From positions 1,152,001-1,216,000 of the forward strand of contig CBDAON010000004.1 of NCBI GenBank assembly GCA_965198065.1: 64,000 nt of DNA, read 5' to 3'. The notes beneath the pieces were generated by a model that saw only the letters and a list, made by a program, of their open reading frames with translations, was not told the origin of the DNA and made no database searches. Shown piece after piece: positions 40,254 through 49,272 of the stretch. A program made the translations under genes and the position numbers. This stretch comes from Longimicrobiales bacterium. GTDB taxonomy: Bacteria; Gemmatimonadota; Gemmatimonadetes; Longimicrobiales; Gaopeijiaceae. Position 1 is the first letter of the stretch. Each line of letters starts with the position of its first letter.

Positions 40254-41660
40254 TCAGAGATCGCCGAAGGTCGAGAAGAGCTCCTGCCCCAGCCCCATGG
40301 ACCCGGGCGCGCTCCCACCCCGCGAGCGATCGAGAGCCGAGAGGAGGTCGTCCAGCCGCGCGTTCAGGTCGCCTCGAAGCTCCGGATCGGTCGCGTCCAC
40401 TTCCAGCACGGGATCGCTCGGGAGCGAGGAGCCGAGGGCCGGAGTGTAGGTGAGCCCGCTCCCGTTCTCGACCAGGAAGTCGTGGAACTCCACGGCCTGC
40501 GCGGCCGCGAAAACGAGCTGGTCATAGTGGTCCTGTCTGGACACCGTCCGGGCGTCGAAGAGCGCAGTGACATAGGTCTCGAGGGCCCCGGCGGTACCGG
40601 CGTCGGCCAGAGCCGGCGAGGCCTGGAGAACGGGCCGATCCCGCGCCCGGAGGTCTCCAATGAAGGCCTGATAGCCGACCCAGAACTCGCGGATCTGGGG
40701 GAATTCGTCCGCGTTCGCCAGGTAGTATCCCCCCAGCCAGTCGGGTGACGGGCCTTCCGGAAGCCCCCGCGCGAGGCGTAGAGAGTCCACCGAGGCCTGG
40801 ATTCCCACGGCGAAGCGCGCCAGCGCGTCTTCCACGCCCGCCTCGAGCCTCGGGGGCACCGGCCCCGGGCCGGGCGGGGCGGCGGTCGCCTCGCCCGCAG
40901 GTCCGAGTTCGGCCGGGCTCTGGCCATCCCCATCGGCCCCACCCCCGTTCGCGAGAACGACTCCCGCGACCACGGCCACGGCTCCGGCCGCAAGGCCGGC
41001 GAGGAGGATGCCCGCCCCACGCCGACCGCCCCGTGCCGTCGGGGAGGCCGACTCCATCTCGGGCATTACGTCTTCGTCGCCCCGCCCCTCCCCCAAGTCG
41101 GCGGGGGGTTCCCTCCAGCTTTGGGCCGGCGCGTCGTCGACCGGCAGGAGCCCCCCGGAGCCGCTCGGCGTCATCCACTCGTCGGCGACCGCGGGGCTCG
41201 GCTTCTCCGCCGCGGGGGCCTCCGTCCTCTCCTCCGTCAGCGCCGTCTCCTCCGCCAGCGCCGTCTCCTCTGCCAGCGCCGTCGCCTCGTCGAAGATGCC
41301 GGTGACTCCCTCCTCGGGTTCCACTTCCTCCGCCGGATCCGTCAGGTCCTCTGGCATGTCGGCGAGGGTGAAACCGAAATCGAGCGATCCCGAGGGCGCG
41401 GGAGCCTCCAGCCCGGCGCCCTCCGGCCAGCCCGGTGGGAGCTCGCCTCCCTCCTCGACCAGCTGCTCGACGATGAAGCGAACGACCTGGGCGTCCCCGG
41501 CACGCGTCCATGCACCGGTTCCCGCGTCGAACAAGGGGGTTTCGGGAGGGACGTCACCCCGGGAGACCCTCCGGGCGAGCGCCTCCACGGACGAGATCGG
41601 GAGCTCCGACCCGTCGTCCAGACGAATGCGGAAACGGGGCGGCGTGGCCTTTCTGCTCAC
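40254..41660 (-). CDS. Hypothetical bitopic membrane protein (GYF-like N-domain, acidic linker)
   Basis: N-terminal V.P.TPLFD..TGAW.RA segment, long acidic/Pro linker, single TM and helical C-domain. Confidence 0.75.
   Translation of the reverse strand: MSRKATPPRFRIRLDDGSELPISSVEALARRVSRGDVPPETPLFDAGTGAWTRAGDAQVVRFIVEQLVEEGGELPPGWPEGAGLEAPAPSGSLDFGFTLADMPEDLTDPAEEVEPEEGVTGIFDEATALAEETALAEETALTEERTEAPAAEKPSPAVADEWMTPSGSGGLLPVDDAPAQSWREPPADLGEGRGDEDVMPEMESASPTARGGRRGAGILLAGLAAGAVAVVAGVVLANGGGADGDGQSPAELGPAGEATAAPPGPGPVPPRLEAGVEDALARFAVGIQASVDSLRLARGLPEGPSPDWLGGYYLANADEFPQIREFWVGYQAFIGDLRARDRPVLQASPALADAGTAGALETYVTALFDARTVSRQDHYDQLVFAAAQAVEFHDFLVENGSGLTYTPALGSSLPSDPVLEVDATDPELRGDLNARLDDLLSALDRSRGGSAPGSMGLGQELFSTFGDL
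41228..41291. repeat. Coding 18-bp tandem repeat (ETALAE)
   Basis: CAGCGCCGTCTCCTCCGC-like units at 41238, 41256 and 41274. Confidence 0.75.
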
Positions 41661-41779
41661 TCGCCCCCTCCGATCGGGTGGACACCCACCGCGAAGAAGC
41701 CCTGATCCCGGCGACCCCCACGCGCCTCGGCTCGCTGGGACGCGGGTCGGCTCGGAGGAGGTCGGGAAACGTGAAACAT
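41657..41779 (-). CDS. Putative 40-aa leader peptide
   Basis: Strong RBS AGGGAGGA before the ATG; its stop overlaps the GTG of the downstream gene (GTGA). Confidence 0.35.
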   Translation of the reverse strand: MFHVSRPPPSRPASQRAEARGGRRDQGFFAVGVHPIGGGE

Positions 41780-41810
41780 GGCTTCCTCCCTAGATGTTTC
41801 CTGCGAAGCT

Positions 41811-41840
41811 ACCATAGGGGAGGAAGCCCGTTCATGACAA
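41811..41840 (-). promoter_or_regulatory. Putative sigma70 promoter
   Basis: Minus strand reads TTGTCA-N18-TATGGT. Confidence 0.4.
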
Positions 41841-41886
41841 GGCGCCGAATGGTGCGTGGGGGGACCCCAGACCCCTGCGGGAATGC

Positions 41887-42861
41887 TCACTGCGGACTGC
41901 CTCTCGACGCCTTCTCGATGCGGAGCCGCAAGCGAAAGCCGCGAATCTGTCTCCCCAGGAAGGACAGGCCCGAGACCAGCCCCCCAAAGGGCCCCCCCGA
42001 GCACCGGAAGGCCTCGCGGAGGTGGGAGAGGGCGACGCTGGCGCCCTCTCCCGCACCCAGGGACCGGAACGCCCACTTCCAGAAAAGGACGGCGAGGGCG
42101 TTCCGAACGTGCCGCTCGTAGGCCCCGTCCTCGTTCGCCCGAGCCGTTTCCAGAAGCCTCTGGTAGATTAGCGCGTTTTCGCGATAGGACACGCGGAACG
42201 CGTCCGTGAGGTTCCTTCCGTGGACCCGCCAGGTCGCGAGCGCCCGGTCGCTTCGCTCGATCCGGACCACGCGGCTGTCCCGAAGCCAGAAGTCGTAGTC
42301 GCACGCGATCCGAAGCTCGGGATCGAAGCCGCCCAGGGACTCGAGCACCTCTCGCCTGGCCACAACTGTGGAGTGCGGGATGAAATTCCCGTCGATCAGA
42401 GCCTCGTGCGGATCGCCTCCACCGGGGGGCCATCGCTCGAAGAAGCGACCGAGCACGGCGCCGTTCGCGTCCACGACGGAAGCTTCCGAGAACACGAGGC
42501 CAGCGCCGGTCCGATCGAGGAGGCCCACCTGCATCTCCAGCTTCTCGGGCTGCCACGTGTCATCCGCGTCCAGGAACGCCACGAGCCCGCCCCGGGCCAG
42601 CGCCACGCTCCGGTTTCGCGCCTCGCCCACCGGAATGGACCGTTCTGACGAGACGATTCGCCAGCGAGGCGGATCCTCCGGCCCGGCCCTGGCTCGGGCG
42701 ACGGCCAACTCGGCGCTCCCGTCCGTGGACCCGTTGTCGAAGAACAAGACCTCCCAGCTCCCGTACGTCTGCCGCTCGACCGACGAGAGGGCTTCCTCCA
42801 GGAAGGGCCGGCCGGCCCGGCACACGAGCACGATCGACACCAAAGGCGTGCGAGGCGGCAT
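41887..42861 (-). CDS. Glycosyltransferase family 2
   Basis: PLVSIV, DNGSTDGS, ARN, FLDADD, KLEMQV and GGFD..DYDFWLR. Confidence 0.92.
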   Translation of the reverse strand: MPPRTPLVSIVLVCRAGRPFLEEALSSVERQTYGSWEVLFFDNGSTDGSAELAVARARAGPEDPPRWRIVSSERSIPVGEARNRSVALARGGLVAFLDADDTWQPEKLEMQVGLLDRTGAGLVFSEASVVDANGAVLGRFFERWPPGGGDPHEALIDGNFIPHSTVVARREVLESLGGFDPELRIACDYDFWLRDSRVVRIERSDRALATWRVHGRNLTDAFRVSYRENALIYQRLLETARANEDGAYERHVRNALAVLFWKWAFRSLGAGEGASVALSHLREAFRCSGGPFGGLVSGLSFLGRQIRGFRLRLRIEKASRGSPQ

Positions 42862-43000
42862 CTCGATCTCGGCTCGTCCCCGGGAAACGGTTCGTTTCGG
42901 ACCCGCGGCGTTGAGAGAGAATCTCGTTTGGGGTACGTTCCTGCCAGCGGTGGACGCCGGCGGTCGCCGGCGCCGAAGGCCCAGCCGGGCACCCGAGCCA

Positions 43001-43856
43001 ATGATACCCCGACTCTCGTATACCTTCGCGTGCATCGAGCGCCTAGACCACCGGGAGTGGGTGGAGGGGATGACGATCGTCTCTCACGGAACGCGGGTCG
43101 GCATCCGCACTGACACGCCCGGGCTCCTCGAGCGGGCCCAGGAGATCCTTCCACCCGGTTGGGCGCCGTCCAGCGTGACGAAGGTGAGGCGGCTCTACTC
43201 GCTCCTGGTCGGGAAGGGGCTCCGCCCCGGCGACCGACGGTTCCACCTCCTCTACATGAACGCGTTCCTGCTCGCGCGATCGCCCGACCTGGATGACGTT
43301 CTCCACCGCCTCGAGTCCGACGTCCAGCTCTACGTCGCGGAGCGAGCGAGGGGGAAGGTGTTCGTGCACGCGAGGGTCGTGGCGTGGAATGGTAAGGCCA
43401 TCCTCCTCCCCGGCCGGACGTTTTCCGGGAAGACCACGCTCGTCGCCGGGCTTCTCAGGGCGGGGGCGACGTACTACTTCGGATGAGTACGCCGTCCTGG
43501 ACTCGAAGGGCCGCGTTCACCCGTTTCCGAAGCCGCTCAGCGTTCGGGACGGCTCGGAGGGCGGCCGACCGACCCGGTATTCGCCCGCAGAGCTCGGCGC
43601 CGCGACCGGGAAGCGTCCGATCCCCGTGGGCCTCGTGGCCATGACACGTTACCGGCCCGGCGGGGCGTGGCGGCCGCGCCGAATGAGCGGGGGGCGGGCG
43701 GTCCTGGCCCTCCTCGAGAACACGGTGCCCGCGAGGCGGCGTCCGAAGGCCGCGTTCGAGGCCCTTCAGCGAGTCGTCTCCCAGGCCCCGGTCCTCCGGG
43801 GTCCGCGTGGCGAGGCGGGGGAAACCGTCGAGGTCCTGCTCGATCGGTTGGCATGA
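43001..43856 (+). CDS. HPr kinase-related P-loop kinase (frameshift near 43478)
   Basis: FVHA.VV, Walker A GRTFSGKTT, YY-SDE across an extra T, and HPFPKPL. Confidence 0.8.
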
Positions 43857-44778
43857 CCACCCGGCCGCTCGAGCGGGGCGAGGCGATCGCTCGAGCTCTG
43901 GAGGGCTCGTGGCGGCGCGACCCGGCGCCCCTCTCGGTCCCGATCGACGAGCTCAGGGACATCGTGCCGGTGCTCCTCAGGACCGGGGCCGGCGCGCTCG
44001 CGTGGCATCGGCTCCGCCGCTCGGAGATCCACTACACCACCCCCGGGCGCGCGCTCCGCGACGCCTACCGGGTGCACGCGCTTGAGGCCAGGCGCCAGTC
44101 GCTCCGGCTGGGGGAGGCCGTCGGGCGTCTGGCCGAGGTGGGGGTCGAGCCACTCGTCGCGAAGGGGTGGGCGGTTGCGCGCTGGTACCCGGAGCCCGGC
44201 CTCAGACCCTATGGGGATCACGACCTCTCTTCGTGGAGCAGGAGCAGTACCAGGTCGCCTACCGATCGCTCAGCGGGCCCGCGGGCGGGCGACACCAGGT
44301 GGACCTTCACGCAGGCCCCCCCGAGGGAAGAACGGACTGGCGGGAGGTGTGGGGCCGCTCGGTCCGCCTGGAGGTGGAGGGCGTGGGCGTTCGGACCCTG
44401 GGCGCGGAGGATCACCTGCGGCTCCTCTGCCTCCATTTCCTCCGGCACGGCGGGTGGCGGCCGCTCTGGCTCTGCAACATCGGGGCCGTGATGGAGTCGC
44501 GCCCTCCCGACTTCGATTGGGACCTCTTTTTCGAGGGGTCCGCGCGAGACGCAGGAGCCTGCGCATCGGCCATTCTTCTCGCCCGACGGATCCTCGGGGC
44601 GGACCTGACCGGAACGCCCCTCGAGGCCAAGGCCGACGACCGGCCCCGGCTCCCCCTCCAGGTCGTAGACGCTGCGTCTCGCCTCGTCCGCTTCGCCCTC
44701 TCGGTTCCCTTGGCCCTGGGCCGGCGCGTGAGGCGGCACCTCGCCCCGGAAAGTGCGCGCGAAGCCTGGGGGCGCTGA
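43853..44778 (+). CDS. Nucleotidyltransferase family protein (NTP_transf_5 type; frameshift near 44228)
   Basis: LVAKGWA..YP..GLRPYGDHDL, VDLH and HLRLLCLHFLRHG; ATGA-coupled to the kinase. Confidence 0.8.
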
Positions 44779-44815
44779 TCCCGCTCCGCCTGCCTCCTAC
44801 GCCTCTCCTCCTCTT

Positions 44816-45929
44816 CTACGCCCTCTTTCGCCTGACGGTCGCCCGGTCCGTTCGGGCCCCGAGCTCGATCAGGAGCACGGAACGGTCGGCGGTGGAAAGC
44901 CCTTCCCGGAAGGACTCCTCGAGGGCTTCCAGAACGGGGGCTCCCTGCTCTGCCAGGCGGTGCGCCGCGAACATCGCGAACGTCATGTCCGGGCCTCCGA
45001 AGGGCGGGATCTTCGCCCGCTTGAGGCTCGGAAGCCGCAGTGGCGCGGGGTCCGAGGCGAGGAGGCGGAGCGCGCTGGAGCCGGCCTCGAACGAGCTGTA
45101 CACCGCGCGGACATCGGGGCTCGTTCGCGCGAGGCTCCACCGGTGGCGGACCATCTCGTCCCCCAGCACCAGCGCCTTCGAGATCGCGGGCTCGCCGAGG
45201 TGGAGCATGTCCAGCCGGAGCGAGGGGCCGACGGCGTGCAAGAGATCGTCGATTGCATCGGGCGCGCCGGGCCGCGCCGCCGGCCGGAGCCCGAACAGGC
45301 CGAGGGCGCGGCGGACAAACTCGTTCAGCTCGGTGGGATCGTCGAGCTGATCCTCGAGGGTCGCTCTGAACGAGCGACGTCCGTATCCCCTCCGCGCACG
45401 CCGAGCAGAACCGCTCCTCCCGCTGGGAGACGGCTCGAGCGCGGTCGCCCCGCCGAAGCCGGAACGCGGGAACGCGGTCATCGAACGCCTCATCCACTAG
45501 CCGGCTCTCCTCGATGGCGTCCATAATCTTCTCGTGCGTCCCCTCGACGTCTCCGGGCCGCGCCGGAAGCACGAGCCGGAGCGGGCAGAGGAAGTGGGGC
45601 CGGACCGTGACCGTGTGGCCGATCCGACCGAGTCGATTGAAGGGGAAGAGGGAGCACACGCCCGGCTTTAGGGCCCGTCCGTGCTCGACCTCGATCCCGC
45701 ACAGGTTGTCGTCTCGAAGGAAGTGGCAGCCGGTCGGCGAGGTCGTGAACTCCACGACGCTCCCCCGACGCAGCATGGCCATGCCCCCCAACGCGGGATA
45801 GATCTGGAGGAGTTGCCCCATCTCGCGCTGGAGGCTCCCTCCCATGCCGTAACCCTTACAGCAGAGGGCCGTGCACTCAGCGCAGAGATAGTGGAGGACT
45901 CCGTCCGGGAAGGCGAGGTAGACTGACAT
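44816..45929 (-). CDS. YkgJ/CxxCxxCC cysteine-cluster protein (frameshift near 45383)
   Basis: CAECTALCC, CHFL..NLCGIE..KPGVCSLFPF and CP; the C-terminal half continues in the 44816-45493 frame. Confidence 0.78.
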
Positions 45930-46203
45930 GGGGCTCGACGCTCCTCTTTCGACCCGACGCGGGGTCGTGGGCCTCGCGGAGGTCTTAACGGAGCCGAGTC
46001 CGATCGCGCCAGTGGAGCGCCTCCGGGGGCCTCGGCGTGGGGGCCGAAAGGACCCGGGCGGCGCCCCCTTCGAGCGCCTGCCTTCAGCTTGACCGGTTGT
46101 CGGCGCAACGGCATCTTTCGATCAAGTGGCCGTCGACTGTCGTCTGTCCGTACCTCGTGAGCGGAGCGGGGACGGGCATTTGCACATCTGAGGGGAGGGA
46201 CGG

Positions 46204-47556
46204 ATGCGACGACTCGGATTCGGGCGCACTGCCCGACGGAACCTCCAGGCGGGGGCGTTCCTGCTGGCATTCGTGGGGCTGCTCGCGCACGCGAACGAAG
46301 GGGTCGCGCTCCAGCAAGCCGACGGCGAGGAGGTGACGTACGCCAAGGATGTGGCACTCATCCTCCAGGAGAACTGTCAGGTCTGCCACCGGTCCGGCTC
46401 GATCGGCCCGATGTCGCTCATGACCTACGAGGAGGTCCGCCCCTGGGCGCCCCTCATTCGCGAACGGGTGCTGAACCAAGACATGCCACCCTACCAGTAC
46501 GACACGGACGTCGGCATCCAGGATCTGAAGTACGATCCGCGCCTCGACGAAGAGGACATCCGGACCGTCGTGGCGTGGGTGGATCGGGGTGCACCCATGG
46601 GGGATCTGGCCGACCTGCCCCCCCCGCGGGAGTGGCCCGACCCCGCCGAGTTCCGCCTGGCCGAGAGGTTCGGACCGCCCGATGTCGTCGTCCGGTCGGA
46701 GCCGTACGACGTGCCTGCCGCCGGACAGGACCGGTGGTGGCAACCCACCGTCGCGTCCGGCGTCGAGACGGACCGATGCATCAAGGCGATCGAGACGAAG
46801 CCCTCGGTCGCCGGGCGGGCGTCCACGCATCACGCCAACTCGACCCTCCTGGTACCCGGCGGCAGCCGGTTCGGCACGCGTCTGTCCGAGTACGCGATGG
46901 GGAAGATCGGCGAGATCATCCCGGAGGGCTCGTGCCGCACGCTGCCCGCGAACGCGCAGGTGAGCTGGGACATCCACTACTTCCCGAACGGCGCGCCCTC
47001 TGCCGGCGATCAGGTGGAGATCGGGATCTGGTTCTATCCGGAGGACTACCAGGGCGCGTATCGGCAGACCCTGACGCTGTACTTCCTGAACGGGGGAACC
47101 GGTGGCCGCGGCTACGACATTCCCCCGGGCGGCACCCTCATGACTCAGGGGTTCCAGTCGTTCAGCACGCCGGTCCGGATCGACAGCTGGCAGCCGCACG
47201 GACACACTCGTTTGGTCGCCATGTCCCTTCAGATCCTCCGCGCGACCGGCCGTATGGAAATGGTGAGCATGGTCTCGAACTGGAGCGCGTTCTGGCACCA
47301 CAGCCACATGTACGGCGACGACTCGGCGCCGCTCCTGCGCCCGGGCGATCAACTGGTGCTCACAGCGTGGTACGACAACTCGACCAACAACCGCTACAAC
47401 CCGGACGCCGATCAATGGGTGAGCATCGGGGATCGGACGGCTGACGAGATGTCGCACGCATGGGTAGCCGTGACGCATCTGGATCAGGAGGGGTTCGACC
47501 GCATCGAAGCCGAGCGACAAGAGAAGGCGCGGCTGGCGAGCGACGCCGATCGGTGA
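46204..47556 (+). CDS. Exported c-type cytochrome fused to a type II copper monooxygenase-like (PHM/DBH) domain
   Basis: Signal peptide, CQVCH heme motif, MPP, THH, PHGH and DEM copper-ligand pattern. Confidence 0.75.
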   Translation: MRRLGFGRTARRNLQAGAFLLAFVGLLAHANEGVALQQADGEEVTYAKDVALILQENCQVCHRSGSIGPMSLMTYEEVRPWAPLIRERVLNQDMPPYQYDTDVGIQDLKYDPRLDEEDIRTVVAWVDRGAPMGDLADLPPPREWPDPAEFRLAERFGPPDVVVRSEPYDVPAAGQDRWWQPTVASGVETDRCIKAIETKPSVAGRASTHHANSTLLVPGGSRFGTRLSEYAMGKIGEIIPEGSCRTLPANAQVSWDIHYFPNGAPSAGDQVEIGIWFYPEDYQGAYRQTLTLYFLNGGTGGRGYDIPPGGTLMTQGFQSFSTPVRIDSWQPHGHTRLVAMSLQILRATGRMEMVSMVSNWSAFWHHSHMYGDDSAPLLRPGDQLVLTAWYDNSTNNRYNPDADQWVSIGDRTADEMSHAWVAVTHLDQEGFDRIEAERQEKARLASDADR

Positions 47557-47609
47557 CGGGCGGCGCGGCTCCCTCGGGGTCCCTCGCGAACCACGCGAGG
47601 AAGCGCTCC

Positions 47610-48578
47610 ATGCTTAGAACGTGCGTGGCCCTGGGAGGCCTCGCCCTCGCAGTCTTGAGCGCGAGCGTCCAGCCGGCACTCGCCCAGAACGTTCGGGACT
47701 TCCCCCTGGCGCCCACCAGCACCAGCGGAAACTTCGTGGCCCCGTACTTCGACGGATTCTACCAGAATCCGGACAGCACGTGGACCCTCTCGTTCGGGTT
47801 CGTGAATCGCAACGACGAGTCCCTGATCGAGATCCCTCTGGGACCGAACAATTACATGGAGCCGGCCGAGTTCGACGGAATGCAGGCGACGACGTTCCCC
47901 GTCGTGTTCTACGGCGGGTTCGGGGGGCCCCGGGAACGGGGCGTCTTCGCGGTGGTCGTTCCCAAGGACTTCCTGGGCGACGTCTGGTGGCACCTGACGA
48001 GCCCGAACGGCTACACGACGAAAGTCCCGGGCCGGCTCGTTTCGCCCGGCGCCGTCATCCGTGGGGCCTACGAGCTCAGTACGGGACCGCAGGCGGCGGG
48101 CTCGATGAGGCCCACCGTGCGGTTTTCGCCCGACGGAGAGATGGGGCTGGGGCCCCTCGGGATCGTGCACCCAGAAACGTTCGGGACCACCGTCGGCCAG
48201 CCGATCACGGTCACGGCGTGGGTCGAGGACCGGGGGGAGCGGGAGCTCCGCGCCGTGAGGGTGTCGCTCTGGAAGCACCAGGGACCGGTCGGGGCCGAGA
48301 TCCGCTTCGCGTTTCTGGTACCGCGGGCGCCGCCCGAGGGAGGCGTAGGTGGGGACGCAGCACCGCCGCAGGCCCCGACCCCCGTGGCGGTGGGGCAGTC
48401 TGTGCGCATTCCCGCAGAGGGAGAGGAGGCGAACCAGGCCACGTTCACGGCGACGTTCGACGCACCCGGGGAGTACGTGATCCGAGTCCGGGTCGACAAC
48501 TTCGGCGGGGGTGACAGCCTCCCGGGGAACATGTGCTGCTGGTCGAACGGCTACGTGAGGATCGTCGTGACCGAGTAG
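47610..48578 (+). CDS. Hypothetical secreted protein
   Basis: Signal peptide ending ALA-Q, beta-rich, with a C-terminal PGEYVIRV..CCWSNGYV segment. Confidence 0.75.
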   Translation: MLRTCVALGGLALAVLSASVQPALAQNVRDFPLAPTSTSGNFVAPYFDGFYQNPDSTWTLSFGFVNRNDESLIEIPLGPNNYMEPAEFDGMQATTFPVVFYGGFGGPRERGVFAVVVPKDFLGDVWWHLTSPNGYTTKVPGRLVSPGAVIRGAYELSTGPQAAGSMRPTVRFSPDGEMGLGPLGIVHPETFGTTVGQPITVTAWVEDRGERELRAVRVSLWKHQGPVGAEIRFAFLVPRAPPEGGVGGDAAPPQAPTPVAVGQSVRIPAEGEEANQATFTATFDAPGEYVIRVRVDNFGGGDSLPGNMCCWSNGYVRIVVTE

Positions 48579-48776
48579 CCCGAGTCGCGTCGAGCGGCTC
48601 GAAAGCGAATGGCCGGGAATCCCCGACGATCTCGTCGTGGGTTGGAGGGCTTGACATAGCCGAACGTTCACGGCCACTCTAGGCTTTACCCGGGCCTCTA
48701 CCCGGCCTTCGCCCCAGAGCCCGCCCAGATGCACGCGACGTGCTCGACAATCGGCAGAGCCCTCCGGAGGTAGCGC

Positions 48777-49268
48777 ATGCGAGCGTTCACGCTCAGGGTC
48801 AACGGGGAATCGCACACGTTCGACCTGGATCCCGCCACACCCCTTCTCTACATCCTGAGGAACGACCTGAGGCTCAGGGGTCCCAGGTTCGGGTGCGGAC
48901 TCGGACAGTGCGGGGCGTGTACGGTGCTCGTAGATGGCACGCCCGTGCGTTCCTGCATCACTCCCGCGTCGGCTGCGGAGGGTGAGATCACGACGCTGGA
49001 GGGGCTCTCCCGGGACGGCGAGCTCCACCCCGTTCAGCAGGCCTGGATCGACGAGCAGGTGCCGCAGTGCGGCTACTGCCAGAACGGCCAGATCATGACG
49101 GCCAAGGCCCTCCTGGACCGGAGTTCGAATCCCACGGACGCCGAGCTTCGGCAGGGAATGAACGGCGTGATCTGCCGATGCATGACCTACTACCGGATCC
49201 AGGCGGCGGTCCGGCGCGCTGCGGACACGATGGCGGCCTCGGCATCGGCCGCCGGGAACGGGAGGTAG
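48777..49268 (+). CDS. [2Fe-2S] small subunit of a xanthine-oxidase-family enzyme (IorA/CoxS-like)
   Basis: FGCGLGQCGACTV, SC, QCGYCQNG and CRC; GGAGGT RBS. Confidence 0.95.
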   Translation: MRAFTLRVNGESHTFDLDPATPLLYILRNDLRLRGPRFGCGLGQCGACTVLVDGTPVRSCITPASAAEGEITTLEGLSRDGELHPVQQAWIDEQVPQCGYCQNGQIMTAKALLDRSSNPTDAELRQGMNGVICRCMTYYRIQAAVRRAADTMAASASAAGNGR

Positions 49269-49272
49269 CCCC

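Noticed and set aside
41887..45929. Complete lasso peptide gene cluster
   Set aside because: No precursor, RRE/PqqD, transglutaminase-like B protein or asparagine-synthetase-like cyclase is present in the window.
48579..48776. Moco riboswitch upstream of the molybdoenzyme
   Set aside because: Only short imperfect direct repeats and a lone TTGACA are visible, with no recognisable multi-stem motif. An Rfam search would be needed.
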